Below the pieces are notes generated by a model. It did no database searches and was not told the DNA's origin. It worked only from the letters and a program-made list of their open reading frames with translations. The translations under genes were made by a program, and so were the position numbers. From Heliomicrobium sp. (GTDB taxonomy: Bacteria; Acidobacteriota; Blastocatellia; RBC074): a DNA stretch of 64,000 bases. The stretch spans positions 30,058 through 94,057 of the forward strand of contig JAJNQA010000027.1 of NCBI GenBank assembly GCA_021155085.1, written 5' to 3'. Shown piece by piece: positions 52,466-60,694 of this stretch (positions are counted from its first letter, which is position 1; each line of letters begins with the position of its first letter).

Positions 52466-52542
52466 CAGAGTGTAGTTGCGGTTTGCGCAGAGCGCACGGC
52501 CCGGGCCCGTGAGGTCGCTCACTTCGAATCCTGCCACTCTGA
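52466..52542 (+). pseudogene. degenerate tRNA-like (acceptor CAGAGTG/CACTCTG pairs; anticodon hairpin CACGG-CCCGGGC-CCGTG; T-stem does not pair)
   Basis: TTCGAAT T-loop present but flanks unpaired. Confidence 0.3.
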
Positions 52543-52617
52543 TTTTAGCGGCGAATGCTGATGGAACTACATCTTGGAAAATGAACGTTTCATCAAATTT
52601 TTGTCGCCGCTTTTTTC

Positions 52618-52690
52618 GTGAGCGAAGCGCTAATGGCAGCGTGCTGGTCTTCCAAACCGGAGGTAGCGGGTTCGATCCCCGCCGCTCACT
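52618..52690 (+). tRNA. tRNA-Gly(TCC)
   Basis: acceptor GTGAGCG/CGCTCAC, CTGGT-CTTCCAA-ACCGG, T-arm GCGGG-TTCGATC-CCCGC; preceded by 8-bp-stem hairpin + T6 (52551-52616). Confidence 0.75.
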
Positions 52691-52695
52691 TTTTT

Positions 52696-52767
52696 GCTGG
52701 TGTAGCTCAACGGATGAGCCGCCGTCTCGTAAGCGGCAGGATATGGGTTCGAATCCCATCGCCAGCT
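52696..52767 (+). tRNA. tRNA-Thr(CGT)
   Basis: acceptor GCTGGTG/CGCCAGC, GCCGT-CTCGTAA-GCGGC, T-arm ATGGG-TTCGAAT-CCCAT. Confidence 0.7.
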
Positions 52768-52772
52768 TTGAT

Positions 52773-52844
52773 TGGGAGATCGTCTAATTGGCAGGATGGC
52801 AGATTCTGACTCTGTTGATTGTGGTTCGAATCCACATCTCCCAG
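52773..52844 (+). tRNA. tRNA-Gln(CTG), U1
   Basis: acceptor TGGGAGA/TCTCCCA, GCAGA-TTCTGAC-TCTGT, T-arm TGTGG-TTCGAAT-CCACA. Confidence 0.7.
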
Positions 52845-52850
52845 TTTTTT

Positions 52851-52923
52851 AGGAACGTAGCTCAGTGGCTAGAGCATTGGTCTTACAAACCAGAGGCCGT
52901 GGGTTCGAGTCCCACCGTTCCTA
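52851..52923 (+). tRNA. tRNA-Val(TAC)
   Basis: acceptor AGGAACG/CGTTCCT, TTGGT-CTTACAA-ACCAG, T-arm GTGGG-TTCGAGT-CCCAC; followed by 15-bp x2 tandem TTGCCCAATGCTTAT (52926-52955). Confidence 0.75.
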
Positions 52924-52965
52924 TTTTGCCCAATGCTTATTTGCCCAATGCTTATTTGAAAGCCT

Positions 52966-53038
52966 GGGATCGTAGCCAAACTGGAAAGGCGCCAGTCTTG
53001 CAAACTGGAAATTGTGGGTTCGAGCCCCACCGGTTCCA
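52966..53038 (+). tRNA. tRNA-Ala(TGC) with G3-U70 identity pair
   Basis: acceptor GGGATCG/CGGTTCC, CCAGT-CTTGCAA-ACTGG, T-arm GTGGG-TTCGAGC-CCCAC. Confidence 0.75.
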
Positions 53039-53048
53039 TTCTGATTTT

Positions 53049-53120
53049 CTGGGTGTGGGGCAGTGGCTGCCCACTTGCCTTGGGAGCAAGCCGACGCAGG
53101 TTCGAGTCCTGCCACCCAGA
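53049..53120 (+). tRNA. tRNA-Pro(TGG)
   Basis: acceptor CTGGGTG/CACCCAG, CTTGC-CTTGGGA-GCAAG, T-arm GCAGG-TTCGAGT-CCTGC. Confidence 0.75.
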
Positions 53121-53126
53121 CTTTAT

Positions 53127-53203
53127 GTTCGTGTAGCTCAGTGGAAATTTAGAGCGCTGGTCTACGAAACCAGAGGCCGAAGGTTCGAATCCTTCCACGA
53201 ACA
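53127..53203 (+). tRNA. tRNA-Arg(ACG)
   Basis: acceptor GTTCGTG/CACGAAC, CTGGT-CTACGAA-ACCAG, T-arm GAAGG-TTCGAAT-CCTTC. Confidence 0.75.
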
Positions 53204-53211
53204 TCAAATTT

Positions 53212-53283
53212 GGTTGGTTAGCACAACTGGCAGTGCGCTCGGCTGAAGCCCGAACGGACGGGGTTCGAGTCCTCGACCAACCA
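53212..53283 (+). tRNA. tRNA-Phe(GAA)
   Basis: acceptor GGTTGGT/ACCAACC, CTCGG-CTGAAGC-CCGAA, T-arm CGGGG-TTCGAGT-CCTCG; followed by 7-bp-stem hairpin 53290-53318. Confidence 0.7.
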
Positions 53284-53324
53284 TCAAATCAAATCTCCGA
53301 TTTCAAATTGGAGATTCGAGATGG

Positions 53325-53399
53325 GGTGATGTAGCTCAGTGGAATCAGAGCGACTGCCTCCTAAGCAGTAGGCCGTGAGTTCAAATCTCACCATCGCCA
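53325..53399 (+). tRNA. tRNA-Arg(CCT)
   Basis: acceptor GGTGATG/CATCGCC, ACTGC-CTCCTAA-GCAGT, T-arm GTGAG-TTCAAAT-CTCAC. Confidence 0.75.
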
Positions 53400-53407
53400 C
53401 TTCAAAT

Positions 53408-53481
53408 GTCCGCATAGCTCAGTTGGAGGCAGCACCCGCTCGGTACGCGGGAGGACGCCGGTTCGATTCCGGCTGCGGGCT
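53408..53481 (+). tRNA. tRNA-Thr(GGT); apparent C33 and 3-bp D-stem
   Basis: acceptor GTCCGCA/TGCGGGC, CCCGC-TCGGTAC-GCGGG, T-arm GCCGG-TTCGATT-CCGGC. Confidence 0.55.
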
Positions 53482-53497
53482 TAACCTGATAATCTAC

Positions 53498-53573
53498 GGG
53501 TCTGTCGTCTAATTGGAATCAAGGCGTCCGGCTTCTAACCGGGATGATGCAGGTTCGAGTCCTGCCAGGCCCT
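53498..53573 (+). tRNA. tRNA-Arg(TCT)
   Basis: acceptor GGGTCTG/CAGGCCC, TCCGG-CTTCTAA-CCGGG, T-arm GCAGG-TTCGAGT-CCTGC. Confidence 0.7.
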
Positions 53574-53597
53574 TCTTGAGCAATCAACGGAGTTGTT

Positions 53598-54155
53598 ATG
53601 GTAATCAGCAGAAAAGTCTTGCTACTCAACGCTTCTTACGAACCGCTCAGTGTGGTGACTGCGCCGAAGGCGTTGACGCTAGTTTTCAGGCACGTGGCCG
53701 AAGTGCTGGAGGCGGATCAAGGACACGTGCTGCGTTCGCCACGGTTTGTTTTCCAGGTGCCGTCGGTGATCCGGTTGACGCAATACATCAATATCCGCTC
53801 GCGGCAAAACCGCGTGGCCAATCGCCATCGGATTCTGGCGCGTGACCATTACCGCTGCCAGTATTGCGGCAAGCGTGGAAGTGCCTTTGAACTGACGCTT
53901 GATCACATCCTACCCAGATCACGTGGCGGTCGAACAGTGGCCGAAAACCTGGTTGCGTCTTGCCAGGCTTGTAACAACCGCAAAGGTGACCGGACGCCGG
54001 AAGAAGCCCGGATGCCTTTGCTGACTAATCCGGCGGCGTTGTTTTATGGATTGGAGCGGGTGGAGTTGCGGCAGGCGGCCGCGAATCGTCCGGAATGGAG
54101 AAAATATCTTTTCCTCGAACACGCGGAAGAGGAACTGGCGGTAATCTCCGCCTGA
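53598..54155 (+). CDS. HNH endonuclease
   Basis: ACGGAG SD; HNH motif DHYRCQYCGKRGSAFELTLDHILPRSRGG...NLVASCQACNNRKGDRT. Confidence 0.8.
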   Translation: MVISRKVLLLNASYEPLSVVTAPKALTLVFRHVAEVLEADQGHVLRSPRFVFQVPSVIRLTQYINIRSRQNRVANRHRILARDHYRCQYCGKRGSAFELTLDHILPRSRGGRTVAENLVASCQACNNRKGDRTPEEARMPLLTNPAALFYGLERVELRQAAANRPEWRKYLFLEHAEEELAVISA

Positions 54156-54315
54156 GGTTCCCAGTCGTCGCTGGCGCTGATTCGAGCAATGGAGTCTGTG
54201 TCGTTCTGCTGCCCGAATCGGCGCTGGCGGGCGAATTTTTTGAACTACATTTTTTGTCTGTCTTGACAGTTTCGCGAACCATCTGCTACTTTCCCGGCTT
54301 CGTTATTAGACATAC

Positions 54316-54390
<75 letters not shown>

Positions 54391-54744
54391 TTTCTCCCGA
54401 TTTCCTGGGAGTTTCTCTTTGGCACATGCCAAAACGTTCAACGTCAGCTCCCGAAGAGTTGCCGGAATTATGCAAAGACGATTTATCTTTAATCGAACTA
54501 AGTAGCTGCGATGATCCAAGCGCCACTCCGGCGCGTTCGTCGCAGCAGCTTTGCATTGGCAACCGCTGGCGTAGGACCTTACCTTAAAGCGCCTATCTTA
54601 CTTGGGCTTTTTGCTTTTGGGATTGTCCGCACCGGTTAATTTCAGATTTGAAATCCGGGGCCTGGGTTTCGTTGTTATGCCCGGGGTCCTGGTTTCAGGC
54701 TACAGACATCCCATCTGTCAGACCGTAAGTTTAGGTAAAAAGCA

Positions 54745-56751
54745 GTGAGCGAAATACAAAATCAATCCAATCAAGCATCGTCGCAAGCAGCAGGGGCTCA
54801 AGCTGTTGTTGGGGCTTCAGCGCTGGAACTTTTGAAGCAACAGGATCGCGAAAGCGCAAAGAAAGCGCTTGCCGCACGTCTTTTCCGCAATGGTGTTCAG
54901 CAGGAAGAGCCTGTTGATTTGAGCTATCAAATTGGTGAAGGTGAACGGGTGGAACCCGTCACGCCAGAATCGCCTGAAGCTCTGGAAGTTTACCGCCATT
55001 CGACAGCGCATTTGCTGGCGGCGGCGGTTTTGGATCTGTTTCCGGGGGCGAAACTCGGTATTGGGCCGGCGTTACTCGACGATCCAAAGGGCGGGTTCTA
55101 TTACGACTTTGTGCGTGAAGACGGTGGGCGATTCACGCCGGAAGATTTACCGAAGATCGAAAAGAAAATGCGCGATCTGATGAAGCGCAATCTCGAATAT
55201 CGGCGAATTCAGATGCCGAAGGCGGAAGCCGAAAAGAAATTTGCCGAGATGGCCGAGCCGCTCAAGTGCGAGTTGATCAAGGAAAAAGCGGGCGAAATCG
55301 TCAGTTGCTACACGATTGAAGGCACGCCCTTCGTGGATTTTTGTCTGGGGCCGCATATTCCTTCGACGGGCAAGATCAAGGCGATCAAGCTGCTTTCGAT
55401 TGCCGGCGCGCACTGGAAAGGCGACGAAAAGCGCGAGCAGATGCAGCGAATTTACGGCACGTCCTTCTTTTCGCAGGAGGAACTGGACGCCTGGATCAAG
55501 CAAAAGGAAGAGGCCGAAAAGCGTGATCATCGTCGCCTGGGGCAGGAGCTTGATCTGTTCAGCTTCAGCGACGCGATTGGGCCCGGCTTGGTGCTCTGGC
55601 ATCCGAACGGTGCGCTGATTCGCAAAGTCATCGAGCAGTTCCTGAACGACAAGCTTTATCAAAGCGGATACAGCTTCGTGAACACGCCGCACGTCACGCA
55701 GTCGGAGCTTTTCAGAATCTCCGGCCATTTGGAGAACTACCAGGAAGGCCTGTATCCGGCGATGCACACGGGCGACAAGGGCGAAAAGGAAGATGTAGAG
55801 TATCGGATGAAGCCGATGAACTGCCCGTTCCATATCCAGATTTTCAAAGCCCGGCAGCGGTCGTATCGTGACTTGCCGCAGCGTTACGCCGAATACGGGA
55901 TGGTTTACCGCTACGAGCGTTCGGGGGTTACGCACGGGTTGATGCGCGCGCGCGGTTTCACGCAGGACGATGCGCATCTGTTCTGCACACCGGAGCAATT
56001 GGTTCACGAAGTGCTCGGTTGCCTGGAACTGGTGGATTATGTTTTCAAGGCGTTCGGTTTTGAGTACAAGGCCGAATTATCCGTTCGCCACGCAACGGAT
56101 CATGAAAAATATTTGGGTTCGGACGAAGTTTGGACGCTGGCCGAAAAGGCATTGACGGACGCGCTCAACGAATACGGCTTGCCTTACGTTCGAATGGAAG
56201 ATGAAGCCGCGTTTTACGGGCCGAAAATTGACTTCAAGGTCGTGGATGCGATCAAGCGGACCTGGCAGCTTTCGACGATTCAGGTGGATTTCAATTTGCC
56301 GCAGCGGTTCGGCATTGAATATACGGGCGCGGACAACAAACCGCATCAGCCGATTATGGTGCATCGGGCGATTCTGGGTTCGTTCGAGCGGTTCTTTGGG
56401 ATTTTGATTGAGCATTATGCGGGGGCTTTCCCGGTCTGGATGGCGCCGACACAAGCCATCGTGCTGCCGATTTCGGATCGTTTCAATGACAAGGCGATGG
56501 AAGTCGAGCGCGAATTGCAGGCAGCCGGTCATCGCATCCAGGCTGATCTGCGCAGCGAAAAAATCGGCGCGAAGATTCGGGATGCTCAGTTGAAGAAGAT
56601 TCCTTTTATGCTGGTGCTTGGCGAGCGTGAGGCGGAGGCCGGGTTGGTTTCAGTCCGCGACCGCATCAAAGGCGACACCGGCGCGGTTCCAGTGGCGGAA
56701 TTCAGCGCGCGATTGAAAGAGTTCGTCAGCACGCGCGCATTGCAGGCTTAG
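54745..56751 (+). CDS. thrS: threonyl-tRNA synthetase
   Basis: class II aaRS motifs, TGS/N2 editing domain ([12 protein letters not shown]), anticodon-binding C-term. Confidence 0.9.
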   Translation: MSEIQNQSNQASSQAAGAQAVVGASALELLKQQDRESAKKALAARLFRNGVQQEEPVDLSYQIGEGERVEPVTPESPEALEVYRHSTAHLLAAAVLDLFPGAKLGIGPALLDDPKGGFYYDFVREDGGRFTPEDLPKIEKKMRDLMKRNLEYRRIQMPKAEAEKKFAEMAEPLKCELIKEKAGEIVSCYTIEGTPFVDFCLGPHIPSTGKIKAIKLLSIAGAHWKGDEKREQMQRIYGTSFFSQEELDAWIKQKEEAEKRDHRRLGQELDLFSFSDAIGPGLVLWHPNGALIRKVIEQFLNDKLYQSGYSFVNTPHVTQSELFRISGHLENYQEGLYPAMHTGDKGEKEDVEYRMKPMNCPFHIQIFKARQRSYRDLPQRYAEYGMVYRYERSGVTHGLMRARGFTQDDAHLFCTPEQLVHEVLGCLELVDYVFKAFGFEYKAELSVRHATDHEKYLGSDEVWTLAEKALTDALNEYGLPYVRMEDEAAFYGPKIDFKVVDAIKRTWQLSTIQVDFNLPQRFGIEYTGADNKPHQPIMVHRAILGSFERFFGILIEHYAGAFPVWMAPTQAIVLPISDRFNDKAMEVERELQAAGHRIQADLRSEKIGAKIRDAQLKKIPFMLVLGEREAEAGLVSVRDRIKGDTGAVPVAEFSARLKEFVSTRALQA

Positions 56752-56803
56752 TCAGGTATTAAGTTGTGGACTTGATGCTTGAGATTTCATTGGAGGTGGG
56801 TTT

Positions 56804-57373
56804 ATTAACACAGGATTTTCAGGCGGCGGTTATCGAGGTGGCGGAGGGCGCGGTCAACATCGTGCCCCCCAAGTCCGCGTCAATGAACGCATTCGCACAA
56901 AAGAAGTGCGTGTGATTGACGAGGAAGGGCAGCAGTTAGGCATTATGACGCCGCAGGAAGCGATCAAAACAGCGCGTTCGCGCGGCTATGACCTGGTCGA
57001 AGTCGCGCCGCAAGCGCAACCCCCTGTTTGCCGAATTGTGGATTTTGGCAAGTATCTTTACGAACAGAAGAAACGGGCGCACGAAGCCAAGAAAAAACAG
57101 GTCGTCATTGAGGTCAAAGAGATCAAATTTCGTCCGGCGACCGACGAACACGACTATAATTTTAAGATGAAGCATGCCCGGGAAATTCTGGCCGATGGCA
57201 ACAAAGTCAAAGCCACCGTCAGATTCAGAGGCCGAGAGATTACGCACAAAGAGTTGGGGGCGCAATTGCTTGAACGGCTGGAGAAAGATCTGGCCGACGT
57301 TGGCGTGCCCGAATTCAGGCCGAAACTCGAAGGGATGCAATTCATTCTGATCTTTACACCGAAAAAGCAATAG
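56804..57373 (+). CDS. infC: translation initiation factor IF-3 (AUU start codon)
   Basis: ORF track begins at GTG 56906, but in-frame upstream residues ([26 protein letters not shown]) are IF-3-like; GGAGGTG SD 7 nt before ATT 56804. Confidence 0.75.
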   Translation: MNTGFSGGGYRGGGGRGQHRAPQVRVNERIRTKEVRVIDEEGQQLGIMTPQEAIKTARSRGYDLVEVAPQAQPPVCRIVDFGKYLYEQKKRAHEAKKKQVVIEVKEIKFRPATDEHDYNFKMKHAREILADGNKVKATVRFRGREITHKELGAQLLERLEKDLADVGVPEFRPKLEGMQFILIFTPKKQ

Positions 57374-57414
57374 GCAAGTTGTTGCCTGTCGCTGACTCAT
57401 ACAACGGAGGAATT

Positions 57415-57618
57415 ATGCCTAAGCTTAAAACTCACCGGGGGGCGGCCAAACGGTTTCGGACGACCGCGACCGGCAAAATCAAGCGCGGCCATTCGCACGC
57501 GCGCCACATTCTTACGAAGAAGACCACGAAACGTAAGCGCCTGCTCGACATTGACGCGCTGGTTTCCGTAAGTGATCAGAAGCGCGTCGAGGCGATGCTT
57601 CCATACGGCAGAAAGTAA
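57415..57618 (+). CDS. rpmI: 50S ribosomal protein L35
   Basis: [24 protein letters not shown]; GGAGG SD. Confidence 0.85.
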   Translation: MPKLKTHRGAAKRFRTTATGKIKRGHSHARHILTKKTTKRKRLLDIDALVSVSDQKRVEAMLPYGRK

Positions 57619-57687
57619 CGCTGAATCCCTTCCACAAAGATTACGTTCAGCATTCAAAATTATCTTTTAGTTAAGTAAGGAGGGCTT

Positions 57688-58065
57688 ATGCCTCGGGCAA
57701 AACGTGGACCCAAGCGCGTAGAAAAGCGCAAAAAATTAGAGAAACTGTCGAAAGGCTATCGCGGAACCAAGAGCAAGCTGTATCGCTCGATGCGCGAATC
57801 CGTGCAACGCGCACTGAAATTCGCCTACGTTGGCCGCAAGATCAAGAAGCGTGATTATCGTTCGCTGTGGATCGTTCGCATCGGCGCGGCGGCGCGGTTG
57901 AACGGATTGAACTACAGCCAATTCATGCACGGTTTGAAAGTGGCCGGCATTGATCTGGATCGCAAGATTCTGGCCGATCTGGCTGTCAATCAGCCGGATG
58001 CGTTTACCGAATTGGCAAATTCGGTGAAGAAGGCTTTGGAATCGGCGGATAAGAAAGCAGCGTAG
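57688..58065 (+). CDS. rplT: 50S ribosomal protein L20
   Basis: [26 protein letters not shown]. Confidence 0.9.
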   Translation: MPRAKRGPKRVEKRKKLEKLSKGYRGTKSKLYRSMRESVQRALKFAYVGRKIKKRDYRSLWIVRIGAAARLNGLNYSQFMHGLKVAGIDLDRKILADLAVNQPDAFTELANSVKKALESADKKAA

Positions 58066-58161
58066 ACCGGCAACAATCGTTCCCGGTTGAAGAAACCTCA
58101 AGACCCAAGACCTGAAGCCTGAAACTCTTCGAGTCTTGGGTTTTCGTTTACTCTCGAACTT

Positions 58162-59187
58162 ATGTCAGATCGCATTACACAACTGCGCGAAGATTTCGAC
58201 CGCGAATTGGCGGCGGTTGCCAGTGACACCGAAGCGGGTTCGCTGCGCGACCGTTGGGTAGGGCGCAAAAGCGGCTTGCTCACCGCCGAAATGAAGACGC
58301 TCGGCAAGCTTTCGCCCGAAGAGCGCAAGACGGCAGGCGCGAAACTCAACGAATTGAAGAATTCCGTCGAAGTGGCGATTGACGGGCTACTCGGCAGTTT
58401 CGCCGCCAAACGCGAAGCCGAACAGCTTGCCAAGGAACGAATTGACGTGACGCTGCCCGGTCGGCGCATTCAAGCCGGTCACCTGCATCCGATCACGCTG
58501 CTGCGGCAGAAGATCGAAGACATCTTCGTTTCGATGGGCTACGAGATCGAAGACGGGCCGGAAATCGAAACGCATTTCTACAACTTCGATGCGCTGAACA
58601 TTCCGGAAAACCATCCGGCGCGCAGTCCGCAAGACACGTTTTACCTGACCGAACATCTGGCGCTGCGTTCGCAGACTTCGACCATGCAGATTCACGCGAT
58701 GCAGAAACGGCAGCCGCCGTTGCGCGTCGCCGCGCCTGGCCGCGTTTTCCGGCGCGATACGCCTGACGCGACGCACAACCCGATGTTCTATCAAGTGGAA
58801 GGCCTGTTGATTGATCGCGGCATCACGCTCGGAGACCTGAAAGGCACGGTTGAAGAATTCGTCCGCCGCCTGTTCGGACTGGAAACGCGGACGCGCTTCC
58901 GCCCGTCGTATTTCCCTTTCGTCGAACCAGGCGCGGAAATTGACTACACCTGCTTCAAATGCGGCGGCGGTGGCTGCCGTGTTTGCAAAGGTTCCGGCTG
59001 GATCGAAATGGGCGGTTCGGGCATGGTGCATCCGAATGTGCTGCGCGTCGTCGGAATTGATCCAGAAGAATTCTCAGGCTTCGCGTTTGGCCTGGGCTTG
59101 GATCGGTTGTGCGCGTTGATGTATGGCTTGGACGATATTCGGCTTCTGTACGAAAATGACGTGCGGTTTTTAGAACAGTTTAGTTAG
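58162..59187 (+). CDS. pheS: phenylalanyl-tRNA synthetase alpha subunit
   Basis: class II motifs ([31 protein letters not shown]). Confidence 0.9.
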   Translation: MSDRITQLREDFDRELAAVASDTEAGSLRDRWVGRKSGLLTAEMKTLGKLSPEERKTAGAKLNELKNSVEVAIDGLLGSFAAKREAEQLAKERIDVTLPGRRIQAGHLHPITLLRQKIEDIFVSMGYEIEDGPEIETHFYNFDALNIPENHPARSPQDTFYLTEHLALRSQTSTMQIHAMQKRQPPLRVAAPGRVFRRDTPDATHNPMFYQVEGLLIDRGITLGDLKGTVEEFVRRLFGLETRTRFRPSYFPFVEPGAEIDYTCFKCGGGGCRVCKGSGWIEMGGSGMVHPNVLRVVGIDPEEFSGFAFGLGLDRLCALMYGLDDIRLLYENDVRFLEQFS

Positions 59188-59210
59188 TCTGAGTTTCATT
59201 GGAGGGCAAA

Positions 59211-59450
59211 ATGGAACAACAAACACTGACGATTTCGCAGGCTCTTTATCGCAGGCTGGAAACCGAGGCACAGCTTCAAAGCTTGAGTATTGAACAGTTG
59301 ATTGAACAGTGGGAACACCAACTTTCAGAGATCAAGCGACGGCAGGAAGCAGGGCGTGTGATCAAAGAAACTTTCAAGAAAATGAAAGCCAAATACGGAC
59401 TCATGCCGGACAGTGCCGAACTAATTCGCGAGGATCGGGACAGCAGATGA
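59211..59450 (+). CDS. ribbon-helix-helix type II antitoxin (VapB-like)
   Basis: MEQQTLTISQALYRRLETEAQLQSLSIEQLIEQ RHH pattern; ATGA overlap with PIN gene. Confidence 0.55.
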   Translation: MEQQTLTISQALYRRLETEAQLQSLSIEQLIEQWEHQLSEIKRRQEAGRVIKETFKKMKAKYGLMPDSAELIREDRDSR

Positions 59451-59878
59451 CAAATCTGGTGATAGACAGTGGCGTTGCGGTGAAATGGTTTGTGAACGAG
59501 CCAAACTCCGCGGAAGCTGAACGCATTTTCGATGAGTATCTGGCCAGCGAGATTTTCTTATTGGCTCCGGACTTTATCTATGCTGAGTTCGGCAACATCA
59601 TCTGGAAAAAGCAGACGCTTCAGGGATTCAATCCTACAGACGCGGCCAAGGTTATTGATGACTTTCGCACGCGGGTCACAATTGCTCTGACTTCAACGGC
59701 AGATCTGCTTGAAGATGCCTACCAATTGGCTGTCACTCACAGGCGAACCGTTTACGACATGCTTTACCTGGCCTTGAGTCTTCGCGAAGGCTGCCAATTC
59801 GTTACCGCCGATGATCGTCTGGTGAACGCAATCGGCAGTCAATTCCCAAACATCGTTCGATTGGCCGATTGGCCGTAA
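59447..59878 (+). CDS. PIN-domain toxin (VapC-like)
   Basis: MTNLVIDSGVAVKWF...PIN acidic residues; start overlaps antitoxin stop. Confidence 0.7.
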   Translation: MTNLVIDSGVAVKWFVNEPNSAEAERIFDEYLASEIFLLAPDFIYAEFGNIIWKKQTLQGFNPTDAAKVIDDFRTRVTIALTSTADLLEDAYQLAVTHRRTVYDMLYLALSLREGCQFVTADDRLVNAIGSQFPNIVRLADWP

Positions 59879-59890
59879 GAAGCGAGGGAG

Positions 59891-60694
59891 ATGAAACGGA
59901 AAGTCTCGGAATTCGCCTACGGTTTTGTTCTGACACACGAACTGGTGCGCACTTATGGCTATTTGCCGACCGATGTGCCGCTGCCCGGAATGGAAAAGAA
60001 ACGTAAGAAGGCGAAAGCTGGAGACGATGCCGGCGCTTTGCCGCCCAAACAGTATGGTTATCCGCTCTTCCTGCAATTCAAAGCCAGCGAATTTATGAAG
60101 CGCAAGAACGCGGGCGAATCGAAGCTGGTGGGTTTGCCGTATTTCCGGTTTCCGATCTATCGCAAGACGCAGTCGAATCAGCAGCCGTTGTTGTGCGAGA
60201 TCGAAAAGCGCGGTTACCCGGTTTATTACGCAACGCCGAAGATGCACGAAGCGGTCAATTTGAATGGAGCTTTCTTCGACGAACGCGTTGTCGCCCATTC
60301 GCTGTTTGTCAGTCCGCTGGAAATCGGAGAATTGCCGGACAATCTAAATCATCGTGTGGTTTTCAGCGGCACGACGAAAGAAGTTTATTTCTGTCCGAAG
60401 CCACGTCAGCTCAAACGTGCGATTCACGGCGAAGACTTTGCCGAAAAGATCCAGGAAGTTCTTTCCACGCGAGAGCCGGAACTGCTCGATGATGATTTCT
60501 TTCAGCGGCTGGCGAGCGATTTGGTCTCGCTGGTTTCGCCGAACCGCAGAATCTTCGATGAATTATCGCGCGGGAAATTTGAGATGACTGCGGCGACGTT
60601 TGCTAACTATCTGGCACGGACTTTGTTCGATTGCGAATTACTGATCATTCCGGCGAAGGCTGTGGATGAAGACGGAACGACTTTGCACTTATGA
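59891..60694 (+). CDS. hypothetical protein (267 aa) inserted between pheS and pheT, stop overlaps pheT start (ATGA)
   Basis: no recognisable motif. Confidence 0.5.
   Translation: MKRKVSEFAYGFVLTHELVRTYGYLPTDVPLPGMEKKRKKAKAGDDAGALPPKQYGYPLFLQFKASEFMKRKNAGESKLVGLPYFRFPIYRKTQSNQQPLLCEIEKRGYPVYYATPKMHEAVNLNGAFFDERVVAHSLFVSPLEIGELPDNLNHRVVFSGTTKEVYFCPKPRQLKRAIHGEDFAEKIQEVLSTREPELLDDDFFQRLASDLVSLVSPNRRIFDELSRGKFEMTAATFANYLARTLFDCELLIIPAKAVDEDGTTLHL

Noticed and set aside
54263-54292. Promoter for tRNA-Val (TTGACA ... TACTTT)
   Set aside because: Good -35 but poor -10 at either 17- or 18-bp spacing; too weak to annotate confidently.
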